Below are positions 47,493-58,060 of a stretch of 64,000 bases of DNA, piece after piece (positions within the stretch are counted from its first letter, which is position 1; each line of letters starts with the position of its first letter). The stretch lies in NCBI GenBank assembly GCA_000092065.1, contig CP000597.1. The stretch is one strand, 5' to 3'. The notes beneath the pieces are model-generated. The model did no database searches. It was not told the origin of the DNA and was given only the letters and a program-made list of their open reading frames with translations. A program made the translations under genes and the position numbers. The DNA is from Ostreococcus lucimarinus. Its lineage: Eukaryota.

Positions 47493-49583
47493 TTACACCG
47501 GGACGAATCGACGCGGATCTTCGGCGACGAAACGAAACGCACGCGGGCCGTCGAGCGCGTGCGAACGCACGGGCGAACCGACGTACCAAAACACCCAGCC
47601 CTTGCGCTCGCCACGCAAAATCGCCGCCGTCTCCGCGCCGCCGTCGTCGTACACGATCCTCAAAGATTTCAACTCCTCCCGCGCGGAATCATGCGCGTCG
47701 GCTCTCGAGGTAGCGGGTCGCGCGCCAAAGTGACGCCGGTTCGCAACCGAGTACCCGCTCTCTACGAACGCATGGACTTCTTCCGCGAGAAAAATCAAAC
47801 GCGCCGCCGCGCCGCGCGCACTTAAATTACGTCGACCATCGGGCGCGCACGCGGCGACGTACGCCCTCGCGGGTTCCGCGTCTCGTAACACATCACCGAA
47901 TCGTAACAATGCGTTGAACGCGATTTCGACGCGCACAAATTCGTCGAGCGATCCCTCGCGGAATATTCCAGACAGAAATTCTTCCTCCGTCGCCGCGCCG
48001 ACGCGCCAAAGTTCGGTGAGGAATTCGGCGGCTCCGGCGATGGTTTCGTCGTCGCTCGAGTCGAGCAAAGCGATAACGCGACGACAAATGTCGTCCCGAA
48101 ATGGCATGGCGTCGCTCAAAGTGGCGTACATCGCCGCGTAACTTTTTTGACACACGGCTGTCGTCACGATTCGCTCCGCGTAAGCGTCAAAGACGGAGAC
48201 GCCTTCAATCGCGGTCAACATTTGACGCGTGGCACGTGGCGCGGTGTCCGGCGTCGAACGATTCAGCGCGGCGTTGAACGCGGCGACCGGATTGCTCACC
48301 GTCGTCGTCGTCGTCGCCTGCAACTTTCGCCAATCAGAGTCGTAATCGCGCGAATCGTCGCCGTCGACGGTCCATCGGTCCTCGTCCGTCTTTGGTAACA
48401 CGACAACCTTCTTCAGCCCACGTCGTTTCTCCACCCCCTTTGCAGTCGGGTCTTTGACACGCTCAAACGCCAAGAGGCAGCACTTTTCAAAACTCGCAAC
48501 GACGGATTCTTTCGCCGTCTTGATTCGGACGGGTAATCCGAATTCGTGATAACCGTCGCAGACGTGGCGGAGCAATGCCTCCTTGACGCCGGCGCCGCGG
48601 AATTCGGGAAGCACGCAGAGTCGATCCACTTGTGCAGTGGTGAACACAGTATCTGGAGAAGAAAACGGATACGCCACCGTCGCGGTTTCGTCGCTCTGCA
48701 AAGCGCTCATCGCGACGTAGCCGACGGCGACGCCGGAATCCGTCAATTCGAGCTCGTAATACACGCCGTGCGGCTGCGGCGGCGCGGCGACGTAGTGATG
48801 CGCCGAGTACCCCCCGGAACACCAGCGTTCGGGCGTGGACGCCTTCAATCGCGCGGTCACGCCTTCGCGCAGCGTCACGTTGAACCCGCGCGTTTCAACG
48901 AAGGCGCGAACGGCGTCGCTGACATCCGCGAGTTGCTCCGCCATGGACAGCGTCAAGCGCTGTATAGGATCGCCATCGATCACCAATCGTTCGCGAGCAC
49001 GCGCGATGAGTACGTCACCGTCGTCTTCGACGCGATCGGCGATGATGGCGATCGCGCGCGCGTGCTCTCGATGCCACGTTCTGCTCGCGCGCTCCTCTTC
49101 GTCTTCGTCTTCCTCCCCAGACCGCGCGCGTCGACTCGGATACAGCCTTCGCGCCGGGCAACGCGCGACCACCGCGTTAAACAACAGATTCGCCCTCAAG
49201 CACGACGCCTTCGTCGGCGCGGCACCGCGCGCGAGCGCGATGCCGACGTCTACGCCCTTCGGCAACGCGCTTCGAAACGCCGCAAACGTCTGCGTCGCCC
49301 GCGTCGTCCCCGTCCCTCCCAATCTCGCGCACACCACCACCACCCGCGTCGTCGACGTCCTCAAAACCTCCGCGCACACCGCTTCAACCATTTTCCTGCA
49401 CTCCCGCGCGCTCTTATGATCGCCTCGCCAGCGATACGTCCCGTCGCTCGTCTCCGCCGGTTTCGTCCTCGTCAGCGTCGTCGTCGTCGTCTCCCCGACC
49501 TCTGGAAACACGCGCGTCGCCCACGCCCGCGCCTCCGCCTGATCGCTCGCGCCGAAGCACACCACGTGCGCGCGCGGCGCCAT
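47493..49583 (-). CDS. Multidomain protein: N-terminal Rossmann-like domain, central GNAT acetyltransferase-like domain, C-terminal MIF4G-like helical domain (function unknown)
   Basis: The supplied 1222-aa ORF (to 51161) is low-complexity Arg/Ser upstream of the ATG at 49583 (MAPRAHVVCFGASDQ…); I take 49583 as start. GNAT-like core …LCVLPEFRGAGVKEALLRHV…. C-terminal helical repeats (…ETIAGAAEFLTELWRVG…). Confidence 0.5.
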   Translation of the reverse strand: MAPRAHVVCFGASDQAEARAWATRVFPEVGETTTTTLTRTKPAETSDGTYRWRGDHKSARECRKMVEAVCAEVLRTSTTRVVVVCARLGGTGTTRATQTFAAFRSALPKGVDVGIALARGAAPTKASCLRANLLFNAVVARCPARRLYPSRRARSGEEDEDEEERASRTWHREHARAIAIIADRVEDDGDVLIARARERLVIDGDPIQRLTLSMAEQLADVSDAVRAFVETRGFNVTLREGVTARLKASTPERWCSGGYSAHHYVAAPPQPHGVYYELELTDSGVAVGYVAMSALQSDETATVAYPFSSPDTVFTTAQVDRLCVLPEFRGAGVKEALLRHVCDGYHEFGLPVRIKTAKESVVASFEKCCLLAFERVKDPTAKGVEKRRGLKKVVVLPKTDEDRWTVDGDDSRDYDSDWRKLQATTTTTVSNPVAAFNAALNRSTPDTAPRATRQMLTAIEGVSVFDAYAERIVTTAVCQKSYAAMYATLSDAMPFRDDICRRVIALLDSSDDETIAGAAEFLTELWRVGAATEEEFLSGIFREGSLDEFVRVEIAFNALLRFGDVLRDAEPARAYVAACAPDGRRNLSARGAAARLIFLAEEVHAFVESGYSVANRRHFGARPATSRADAHDSAREELKSLRIVYDDGGAETAAILRGERKGWVFWYVGSPVRSHALDGPRAFRFVAEDPRRFVPV

Positions 49584-49968
49584 CACGCGTTCCAATCCAA
49601 CGCCGAATCGTCGTCGTCGTCGTCTCGCGCTTCGTCGTCGTCGCCGTCGTCGCCGTCGTCTCTTCTCCCCTCGCTCGCGCGCGCGCGAAAGCACTTCGCG
49701 AGGTGCGCGAGCCCTATCGTCCGGCACTCCTCGCTCCACGCCTGCGCGAGCTGCGCGCGCTCGCGCGCCGTGAGCGGCACGACGACGCGGCGTCGCGCTC
49801 GAACGGCGTCGCTGAATTCGCGTTCGAGTTCGAATTCGTCCTCGAATCGCGCCGCCGTTCGAGCGCGGCGCCCGCGTCGCGCCGCGCGCGTCGCGCGCGC
49901 TCTCGCGCGCGTCCCCGCGGGCGCGCTCGAGCGCGTCGCGGCGCGCATGCGCGGTCGCGCGCGTTTTA

Positions 49969-52900
49969 ATGACGCTCGAAGCGGCGCGACGCTTCGAGGC
50001 GGTGACGCGAATCGTCACTCGACGTCGCGCGCGCGCCCGATCGCGCCGCGCGCGCATGGACGACGCGCGCGATGCCCTCGACGCGCTCCTGACGGACGCG
50101 CGCGCGCAGCGAGCGCTCGCGGACGACGCGAGGTGCTTTCCCGAGTGTCGAGAATCGCGCGCGCGATCGAAATCGCTTCGCGAAATCGTCGCCGCGTGCG
50201 AAGCGCGACCGCGGTTGGGCGTCACGGACGCGCGAACGCGATTCAACGCGTCGCGCGCGACGGCGGACGCGACGCACGGCGCGCGAGACGACGACGACCT
50301 CGATGGGATGGACCTCGGCGACGGCGCGGGTGTTGGGAAGACGACGACGACGACGACGACGCGAGAGGTCGAGCGCGAGCGCGCGACGACGCGCGATGAG
50401 GACACGGGAACGAAATTGTGGATGACGTGCGATGGGATCGTGTTCGTGGTGACGGCGGAGGCGTCGATGGGCGAGCGCGGGGGGGGGCGGGAGGCGAAGG
50501 CGAAGGCGAACGCGCCGGCGACGAGCGAGGACGCGACGACGGGCGAAGAGAACGAAAAGACGACGCAATGGCCGGAACCGAAGCGGAGGAACGAAGGAGG
50601 GAGCGGCGATAAATCGTTGGTCGGCGCGGTGAAGGCGCTGAGAGGGACGCGGTTGGAGGGCGTGGTGGACGAGATCGCGTCCAACGTCGAGCGGTTGGGG
50701 GCGAGCGGAATTTTTGTGGTTTGCGAACGCGTGGGGGATTCGGATAACGTGCGCGCGTCCAAAATTCGCGATGCGCTCGTGAAATTGACGGGCGTGGTTG
50801 GGAACAACGTGTTTTGCGTGCCCGAGGGCGCTCGCGAGGGGCTGAGCGCGGTGGATGGGGGACACGTGGACGCTGAAACCGGCGGATGGTTTAGCGGATC
50901 GAGCGGGAAGAAGACGGTGGCGAAAGATTTCCAGCTTCGTTTAGATAATTGGCAATTAGAGTGGCGGAACAGTCGAGCGAAAAAACTCAGAAACGCTGAA
51001 TACGAAGCTATACGCCAGGAGACGCAGTTTTGGGCGATGTTTCTTCGCAAAGACGACGAGTGGCTCGCCGAGGAGCGCGAACGTGAGGAGGCGCGGAAAA
51101 AGGACAACGAAGCGGACGCAAAGGGCGATGAAGTGAGCGCCGACGGCGCCGAAACGTCCAAGATGGATAAAGTGGATAAAGAATCACTCGCGCGCGTCCA
51201 TGAAACGGCTTCGTTGCTGGCGATTCACAAATTCCTCAAGACGGCGATCGAGGGCGTGCCCATGGCTGGCATTCCCGGCGCCCCGGAGATGGCTTGGAAA
51301 CATTTTCAAAAATATCCCGAGCCCGAACGTGCACCGCTCATGAATGCCGTGTACTCACACAACGTCATTCAATACGCCGCGGCGCTCATGTTCGCTTGGC
51401 TGACGCCCGGACCCGTGGGCGCGCACGCGACGCATTTCATGAATCGCTTTCGTATTTCTCTCTTCTTCGCGTGTCTGTGCGGATCGTCGCCGTTAGATCC
51501 GACAGTGATCACCACCGCCATCGCGCTCGCGGCAGGGACGGATAAGGAAAATTTGCAGATGTCCCCTGTTATTCGTTTCATGAAAGACGACGTTGAGAGT
51601 GAGGTTTCGAGCGAGGACGAGGCGTCGGAGGACGAGGACGCGAAGCCGCGGATGGACATCGATGGCGTCGTGGATGTCAAATCGGCTTCGACATCGTCGC
51701 TCGATGAATCTTGGGGATCGCTCAATTCAATGTCGTCGTTAATGCAAGACGCTCTCGACCGCGCCGTCGCGGAAGGGAACGATCTCAAACGTCGAGCGTC
51801 AAAAATGCTGGTTGATTTCTTAAATTCTGGCAACCGAACCGTGCTGAAGAGTCGTCGACGAGCGATGAAAGCGGCGTGCGACGCAAAGGCTGACGCTATG
51901 CAACAAAAGAAAATGTCTTACGACGAAGCGGAGAAGATGGCGAAGAAGGTCTTCGATAGGGAGTTTTCTCGAGATGCAACAAAGCGCTTGACGACGCTCA
52001 TATTTGGACCGAAATACTTTGCGTCGGTCACGGCGGATATAACGCAAGTGATCAACTCTTCGTTTACGACGTACATCGCGATGTCGTCGATCGATATTTT
52101 CTTACCCATGGTCGAAGAACACGAAGAGAAGATGCGGTTGAAGAAGGCGGAAGAGGAAGAACAGGCGAAAGCCGCCGCCGCCGCCGCCGCCGCCGCCGCA
52201 ACAGCGGCGCTGACGACAAAGAATGGCTTCATTCACGTGACGCTCGAAGTCGAGAAAGATTGCGTGCGATGCACGCTCACCCCGACACCGTTACCGACGA
52301 CGGTTGAAAAGTTGTTAAGCACGTCCAAGATCATCAGTGAAAAGACTGTGGCGTTGACGGCGAGCACGGCCGAGGCGGTATCGTCGAGCGCTGAAGCCGT
52401 GTCCACGTGGGCGTCAAAAACCACGGACTCGGTGCGAAAAGAAACCAATCGCGGTCTAGAGCTCGCTCAAGAAAACGCCAAGGCGAGCATGGAAAGCGCA
52501 AAAAGTGGTTTGGAAAACGTCGGTGCGTTCTTTGACAGAACGAAGACGACACTGAATTCGACCATAACGTCGAGCGCGACCTCCATCACCACCGTCTTTT
52601 CGTCGTTGAAGACGGGCGGCGACGCGAGTGCGAGCGATGGTAAGGTTTCTATCGACGTTCGTTCACTTCCGGTTCAGCGTATTGCCGCCGCGCTGGAAAA
52701 CGAAGAAGTCGATCGCGTTATCGCTGACTCAAATTTGGTGCTCAAGATGCCCGCGGATTTGATCCTCTCCAAGGCGCTCGGTGATATTTACAAGGAAGTG
52801 CGAGCAGACGCCTCGGCGTTCGTCAAATACAAGGATGACGAGACCGTCTTGCGCGCTATCCAACGCCTGCTCGAGCTCGTCGTGGAAAGCGGTGACGAAG

Positions 52901-53241
52901 TCGCGATCAACGAGCTCATCAAACTCGGCGTCGTTCCGCGACCGAAATCCGCGGCGCAAGCCAAACTCGAGGCGTGGCGAGAAAATTTCCGCAAGCGTGA
53001 ATCTGAACCCGCGAGTGCGATAAAGGACGACGCAAAGTCTAGTGAAGCAGCTGAGACACCGCCTCCATCGACTGCTTCGAAAATCATCCCAGAAGCCTTG
53101 CGATCCGCGTTCGCCGCGCCGCTGACGCTCTTTTCGCGCGCGTCGGCGTCCGCGCCGTCCGTCGACGCCGTCGACGCCGCCCCGTCGCCCGACGCCAAGA
53201 TCGCCGTCGATGCCAAGGCCAAGGCGAGCGATTCGGCGTGA
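49969..53241 (+). CDS. Large hypothetical protein (up to 1090 aa) with acidic tracts, a poly-Ala run and a C-terminal amphipathic-repeat region; family not recognised
   Basis: ATG at 49969, but the first ~110 aa are Arg/Asp low-complexity and the true start may be later (e.g. MDLGDGAG ~50320). Gene-like codon usage. Conserved-looking blocks …AVYSHNVIQYAAALMFAWLTPGPVGAH… and LEA/apolipoprotein-like repeats near the C-terminus. Stop 53239-53241 is followed by TGTAA. Confidence 0.5.
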   Translation: MTLEAARRFEAVTRIVTRRRARARSRRARMDDARDALDALLTDARAQRALADDARCFPECRESRARSKSLREIVAACEARPRLGVTDARTRFNASRATADATHGARDDDDLDGMDLGDGAGVGKTTTTTTTREVERERATTRDEDTGTKLWMTCDGIVFVVTAEASMGERGGGREAKAKANAPATSEDATTGEENEKTTQWPEPKRRNEGGSGDKSLVGAVKALRGTRLEGVVDEIASNVERLGASGIFVVCERVGDSDNVRASKIRDALVKLTGVVGNNVFCVPEGAREGLSAVDGGHVDAETGGWFSGSSGKKTVAKDFQLRLDNWQLEWRNSRAKKLRNAEYEAIRQETQFWAMFLRKDDEWLAEEREREEARKKDNEADAKGDEVSADGAETSKMDKVDKESLARVHETASLLAIHKFLKTAIEGVPMAGIPGAPEMAWKHFQKYPEPERAPLMNAVYSHNVIQYAAALMFAWLTPGPVGAHATHFMNRFRISLFFACLCGSSPLDPTVITTAIALAAGTDKENLQMSPVIRFMKDDVESEVSSEDEASEDEDAKPRMDIDGVVDVKSASTSSLDESWGSLNSMSSLMQDALDRAVAEGNDLKRRASKMLVDFLNSGNRTVLKSRRRAMKAACDAKADAMQQKKMSYDEAEKMAKKVFDREFSRDATKRLTTLIFGPKYFASVTADITQVINSSFTTYIAMSSIDIFLPMVEEHEEKMRLKKAEEEEQAKAAAAAAAAAATAALTTKNGFIHVTLEVEKDCVRCTLTPTPLPTTVEKLLSTSKIISEKTVALTASTAEAVSSSAEAVSTWASKTTDSVRKETNRGLELAQENAKASMESAKSGLENVGAFFDRTKTTLNSTITSSATSITTVFSSLKTGGDASASDGKVSIDVRSLPVQRIAAALENEEVDRVIADSNLVLKMPADLILSKALGDIYKEVRADASAFVKYKDDETVLRAIQRLLELVVESGDEVAINELIKLGVVPRPKSAAQAKLEAWRENFRKRESEPASAIKDDAKSSEAAETPPPSTASKIIPEALRSAFAAPLTLFSRASASAPSVDAVDAAPSPDAKIAVDAKAKASDSA
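52167..52202 (+). repeat. (GCC)11 trinucleotide repeat encoding poly-Ala in the large hypothetical protein
   Basis: aaagccgccgccgccgccgccgccgccgccgccgccgcaaca; translation KAAAAAAAAAATAA. Confidence 0.9.
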
Positions 53242-53388
53242 TCCTGTAAAACTGTGTTGTTATAGCATGTATAGCGTGTATGCAGTAATTTCATCGCGTC
53301 TGCGCGAAAACCCCAGATTTCAGTGTTGAGAGGGCCGATGTCCCCACGACGAAAGATCGCCACATCACGTCGCGCACACGCGTTCGCC

Positions 53389-55188
53389 ATGCCCACGGTG
53401 AACCTCAACCGCGATGAACTCTTCGCCAGACTCGGTAAGACGTACACCGAGGATGAATTCGACGAGCTGTGCTTCGAGTTCGGGATCGAACTCGACGAAG
53501 TGACTTCGGAAAGCGCGATGAAATCAAAGTTTTTAGGGCAAGACGGCGATAAAACGAGCGCGAACGCGGACGAGAGCGACGACGTGATATACAAGATTGA
53601 TATCCCGGCGAATCGTTACGATTTGCTGTGCTTGGAAGGGATCTCGCGCGCGTTGAATGTGTTTCGAGGGACGACGCCGACGCCGACGTTTCGAGCGCGC
53701 GAGCCGTCGAGCGGGACGCGGGAGCGGATGACGGTGAAGCCGAGCGCGATGTTGGTCAGACCGTTCGTCGTGTGCGCGGTACTTCGAGGGCTGAAGTTTA
53801 CCAAGGAGCGATACGAGAGTTTCATCGATTTGCAGGACAAGTTGCATCAGAATATTTGTCGACGCCGAAGCCTGGTGGCGATCGGGACGCACGACTTGGG
53901 GAAGATCAAGGGGCCGTTCACCTACGAAGCGCAGTTGCCGGAAGAGATCGAGTTTGTGCCGTTGAAGCAGGAGAAGTCGTTCAACGCTCGAGATTTAATG
54001 GAGTTTTACAAGGGAGATCAGAAATTGAAGCACTTTTTGCACATCATCGAGGACAGCGCCGTGTTTCCCGTGGTGAAGGATTCCGAGGGCACGGTGTTGT
54101 CGTTGCCGCCGATCATTAACGGTGCGAAATCGGCAATTTCTTTGGATACGACAGACGTCTTCATCGAGTGCACGGCGACGGATTTGAATAAGGCGAAGAT
54201 TGTGCTGAACACAATGGTGACAATGTTCAGTGAGTACTGTGCCGAGCCGTTCACTGTTGAGCCGGTGGACGTCGTCGATTGCACCGGCAAAGAGACGACA
54301 TACCCCGATTTTATGACTCGATTTGTCGACGCAGATGTTGATTACATCAATAAGCGCATCGGGACGTCGATCGATCGCCAAACGATGGCGGCCCTGTTGT
54401 GCCGAATGCAACTTCCGACCAAGCTCGGAGCGGACGAAACGACGCTTCGAGTGGAGGTTCCGCCGACGCGATCGGATATCTTGCACCCGTGCGATATCGC
54501 CGAGGACGTGGCGATCGCGCACGGATACAACAACATCGCGCGCACGGTGCCGAACACGTACACGATCGCATCCCAACAACCCATTAACAAGTTTTCAGAC
54601 GCTGTGCGAGGCGAGGTGGCTCGCAGCGGCTTTAGCGAAGTCTTGACATGGATTTTGTGCTCGCACGACGATAACTTTGCGAACGTGCTTAGAGAAGATG
54701 ACGGCAACAGCGCAGCAATCGTAGCTAACCCGTCGAGTTTGGATGTGCAAGTCGCTCGTAACAGCCTCTTGCCCGGCGCGCTGAAGGCGTTGGGGGCAAA
54801 CAAGGATGCGCCGTTGCCGGCAAAATTGTTCGAAGTTGGTGACGTGGTGGTGCTCGATCCCGAGGCGGACGTCGGCGCGCGCAACTCTCGAAGACTACTG
54901 GTTCTCTATAGCAACGTTCAAAGTGGTTTCGAGGTCGTTCAAGGCGTGTTGGATCGCGTCATGCAAGTTGTCGGCATCGCGAAGTTTGACGGCTCAGACT
55001 TTGGCTATCAGCTCCAAGAATCGAATGAGCCGACGTATTTCCCGGGCAGGCAGGCGCGCGTCATGCGGAATGGGAAGAAAATCGGCGTGTTCGGTATCGT
55101 CCATCCCGACGTCTGCGCGAAGTTTGACATCGTCAGCCCGACGAGCGTGCTCGAGCTAGAATTAGAGCCTCTCATGGCCAGTGTGTGA
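53389..55188 (+). CDS. FARSB: Phenylalanine--tRNA ligase beta subunit, cytosolic (archaeal/eukaryotic type)
   Basis: First ATG at 53389: MPTVNLNRDELFARLGKTYTEDEFDELCFEFGIELDEVT… is the canonical eukaryotic PheRS-beta N-terminus. B3/4 and B5 domain motifs follow (…IDIPANRYDLLCLEGISRAL…, …VDADVDYINKRIG…, …RSDILHPCDIAEDVAIAHGYNNI…). ~600 aa. Confidence 0.9.
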   Translation: MPTVNLNRDELFARLGKTYTEDEFDELCFEFGIELDEVTSESAMKSKFLGQDGDKTSANADESDDVIYKIDIPANRYDLLCLEGISRALNVFRGTTPTPTFRAREPSSGTRERMTVKPSAMLVRPFVVCAVLRGLKFTKERYESFIDLQDKLHQNICRRRSLVAIGTHDLGKIKGPFTYEAQLPEEIEFVPLKQEKSFNARDLMEFYKGDQKLKHFLHIIEDSAVFPVVKDSEGTVLSLPPIINGAKSAISLDTTDVFIECTATDLNKAKIVLNTMVTMFSEYCAEPFTVEPVDVVDCTGKETTYPDFMTRFVDADVDYINKRIGTSIDRQTMAALLCRMQLPTKLGADETTLRVEVPPTRSDILHPCDIAEDVAIAHGYNNIARTVPNTYTIASQQPINKFSDAVRGEVARSGFSEVLTWILCSHDDNFANVLREDDGNSAAIVANPSSLDVQVARNSLLPGALKALGANKDAPLPAKLFEVGDVVVLDPEADVGARNSRRLLVLYSNVQSGFEVVQGVLDRVMQVVGIAKFDGSDFGYQLQESNEPTYFPGRQARVMRNGKKIGVFGIVHPDVCAKFDIVSPTSVLELELEPLMASV

Positions 55189-55252
55189 ATAAAAAACGAT
55201 TCTCATTCTATTAAAGTAATACGCTTTTGCTATGATGGTATCTGATGTGCTA

Positions 55253-57526
55253 TCACTTTCTCTTACCCTTGCGCTTCATCTGCGTCGTTTTTTTCGCTGG
55301 AGGAGTCTTGCTACCGGAGAGATTGTACGAGCCCGGGGCGAGCGCCGGGGACTTGCTTCCAGTCACCGGCATGGCTCCTCCGATCCCGCCGAGCTGCATC
55401 GCGGCCCCACCCGAGGCTGGGGAGTAGCTGCCGATTTGTTGGAACTGCGCCATACTTTTCGCATCCTTCTTTCCAGGCATGCTAGAGCCTGGAATCCCCC
55501 CGCTCGGCGTGCGAGCGAGTCCACCCGCCGCTGACGAGGGCACGCCCGACCGCCCCGAGGCGACGCCGCCCATCGGTAGCATTGTTCCGAGTCGTTGACC
55601 ACCGGGCATGACACTACCGTTTCCGGTAACGCCGCCAACGGGACTATCATCCGCCAAACTAAGCGGCTGCTGCGTCGGTCCGCAGATTGACTGCACTTCT
55701 CGCCACGATCGATGCGGCGCGTTTCGACGACTCTTGTTCATCCCCAATCGCTCCATCTTTGCCGCTTTTCGAATCTTCAGGTGCTTGGCCATGACGGCGC
55801 ATGAACGATCGAAATGAATGCGAACGGTTTCGTCCTCCACCGGAAGCGCACGCGCCATAAGCGTCCGCGCGCTGCCTTTGTTGAGGTCGAGCGCGGCGAT
55901 GGCTCTTTGGTCTTGCTGCTGTTCGGCGACTTGCGTGAGATGGGAGAAACGCCAGCGGCAGTGATCGATGCGATGATACGTGCCCTTGATCGGTGTGCTC
56001 GCGGCGAACGCGTCGGTGATGAGGGCCCAGTTGGAACCAAATTCGTGCACGATGGCGCACAGCAGTTGGTCCTCCATGGGCGACCAAGACCGCATGGCAC
56101 CTGCGCGTCGCTTCTTCTTCGCGTCCTTGCGGCGTCTGTCGTCCATCGGTCCAGTGCGCTTGGGAATGGGTACACCGAAATCCATATCGACCTCGTGACC
56201 AGGAACACCGAATTGAATGTACTCTCCACGCTTGTTCTTGCGACGACGACCCTTGATGTCCACCATGTAACCCTCTTCGTCGAAGTAATGACCGCGAGCG
56301 GCGGCGGCGGCCAAAAACGCGCGGCGCTGCTCCATCGTCTCCCGATGCGCCTCTTCCTCGGCTTGGTAACGAGCCGCTTCGACGAGCGCGCGCGCGCGCT
56401 TGCGCTCGTTTTCTTCCCAACCTCGTAAACTGCGCTCGTATTCCGCAAACTTTTGAGCCTCGATTTGCATCGTTTCCCTGAAGGCGCGTTCGTTCAACAT
56501 CGGCACAGCGTCGTAAATCACCGGCATGAACTCTTCCACGAGCGGCGGCGTGGGAGGAGCCAACAGGTCCATGTCCAGATCCATACCGTCGATCTCTAGA
56601 GCCTCCGCCAACGCGATGCGATCAGCCTTGGCGTCACCGTCCGCGTCTTCGTCTTCGTCTTCGTCTTCGTCGTCCTTCTTCTTTGAACCTCGTCCGCGCT
56701 TCGGCGTCGCCTTTGGCGCCCCCTTGCTCTTCTTCGCCGCCTTCTTGGCCTCTTTCTCGCGCTCCTTCTGCTCTTTCGCCTCCTTCAGTTCGATAGCGTC
56801 CTTCACCAAATCGCGTTTCATCTCCACCATGGCTAGATACAGCTTATTCGACGCCCAAGAGTTGATGATTCGCATCCCCGCCGGCGGCGGCGGCGTCGAC
56901 GCGAGCGTCGCAGTCGGCGACAACTCAGCATCACCAGTCGGTGTCAACGTCGCTTGACGTCCCAACTTTTCGCCCGCATCACCCTCTTCACCCCCATCAT
57001 CCTCGTCGCTCTCCGTCTCCATCTTGATCTCTTCACCATCCGCCGAGCCGTTCTCGCTTCCTTCGTCCTCGTCCTCGACGAGCTCGCCCGCGTTCGGCAG
57101 CGGCCGCTCCTTCGCCCGCTCCCAAGCCTCGGCCCAGAACTCGGCGACGTCGGCGGCGATCATGGCGCACCGCGTCTTCCTCCGAGTCACCTCCTGCTCT
57201 TCTCGATCCTTCGGCGCGCCCTCGCACGAAGCCGCCAGATGCGACACCTGCCTCGACGTCTCCTGCTTCCAGTCGCGTTCGCTCGCAAAGTCCCGCGCCA
57301 ACCACGTCATCTCCATCATCACGTACTCCCAATGACTCTTCCTCCGGCTATCATCGTGCGTTTTCACGTTCGCCCGCGCGTCCAGCGCCTTTATCTTCTC
57401 CCGAATCGCCTTCGCTCGCGCGACGAGCATGTCCTCGTCTCGCAACCGCCGCCGTCGCGCCTCCCCCGTCTCGTCCGCCGTCTCGTCCACCGCCGACGTC
57501 GACGCCCCCCCGCGATCGCGCGCCAT
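55253..57526 (-). CDS. EAF1: EAF1-like NuA4/SWR1-type chromatin scaffold protein with HSA and SANT/Myb domains
   Basis: ATG at 57526. HSA domain …KTHDDSRRKSHWEYVMMEMTWLARDFASERDWK…. Long charged (E/K/D) linker. SANT/Myb-like …WSPMEDQLLCAIVHEFGSNWALITDAF…YHRIDHCRWRFSHL…. Gly/Met/Pro-rich C-terminus. Confidence 0.7.
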   Translation of the reverse strand: MARDRGGASTSAVDETADETGEARRRRLRDEDMLVARAKAIREKIKALDARANVKTHDDSRRKSHWEYVMMEMTWLARDFASERDWKQETSRQVSHLAASCEGAPKDREEQEVTRRKTRCAMIAADVAEFWAEAWERAKERPLPNAGELVEDEDEGSENGSADGEEIKMETESDEDDGGEEGDAGEKLGRQATLTPTGDAELSPTATLASTPPPPAGMRIINSWASNKLYLAMVEMKRDLVKDAIELKEAKEQKEREKEAKKAAKKSKGAPKATPKRGRGSKKKDDEDEDEDEDADGDAKADRIALAEALEIDGMDLDMDLLAPPTPPLVEEFMPVIYDAVPMLNERAFRETMQIEAQKFAEYERSLRGWEENERKRARALVEAARYQAEEEAHRETMEQRRAFLAAAAARGHYFDEEGYMVDIKGRRRKNKRGEYIQFGVPGHEVDMDFGVPIPKRTGPMDDRRRKDAKKKRRAGAMRSWSPMEDQLLCAIVHEFGSNWALITDAFAASTPIKGTYHRIDHCRWRFSHLTQVAEQQQDQRAIAALDLNKGSARTLMARALPVEDETVRIHFDRSCAVMAKHLKIRKAAKMERLGMNKSRRNAPHRSWREVQSICGPTQQPLSLADDSPVGGVTGNGSVMPGGQRLGTMLPMGGVASGRSGVPSSAAGGLARTPSGGIPGSSMPGKKDAKSMAQFQQIGSYSPASGGAAMQLGGIGGAMPVTGSKSPALAPGSYNLSGSKTPPAKKTTQMKRKGKRK

Positions 57527-57997
57527 CGCGCTCGATCACCGTCGCGTCCTCCACCGAGCGCTACCGTCGCGAATCGCGCGTCCGCGTCAGTCTCTCGCTC
57601 GTCTCTCGCGTCTCGGCGTCTCTCGCTCGCGCGCCGTCTTCGCGCCGCCCCCCCCCCCCTCGCCCCTCACCGCGCGCGCGCGTCCCTCTCGCTCGCGCGT
57701 CGACGCGCGCGCTTTTCTATGCGTCACCGACGCCCTCGCGATGTCCCGCGACGTCCCGCGCGTCCGGCGCGACGCGATCGGATCGCGCGAATCGCCCTCG
57801 ATCGCGCGAACGCGCGCGATCCCTCGTCGGAATTCTCCCCCCTCGCGCGCTCGCGCGCGTGTTTCGCGCCTCGCGTCGCGCGCACCTCTTCGACGGCCCG
57901 CGCGCGCGCGTTTCGCCGCGCGATTCGCGCGCGTCGGGCGACGTGTGCGGCGCCGCGCGTCGAAACGCGTCGCCGAATTCGCCGAAATGACGGCGTC

Positions 57998-58060
57998 GTT
58001 TATGCATCGTATGCATAAACAGTACGGTGTATTATTACACAACACGGTGCCCTATATACG
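57998..58060. promoter_or_regulatory. Perfect 10-bp-arm palindrome GTTTATGCAT-cgt-ATGCATAAAC (two ATGCAT motifs) followed ~30 bp later by a TATA-like CCTATATACGG, in the ~1 kb divergent region between the EAF1-like gene and the YlxR-like gene
   Basis: Read directly: 57998-58020 palindrome; TATATA at ~58053-58058; ATG at 58088 about 30 bp downstream. Only AT-rich patch in a CG-dominated 1-kb intergenic region. Confidence 0.35.

Noticed and set aside
47493-51161. Full 1222-aa minus-strand ORF as a single giant protein
   Set aside because: Residues upstream of the ATG at 49583 are R/S/A low-complexity and overlap the divergent plus-strand gene. Only the C-terminal ~700 aa show domain-like sequence, so the CDS is truncated to 47493..49583.
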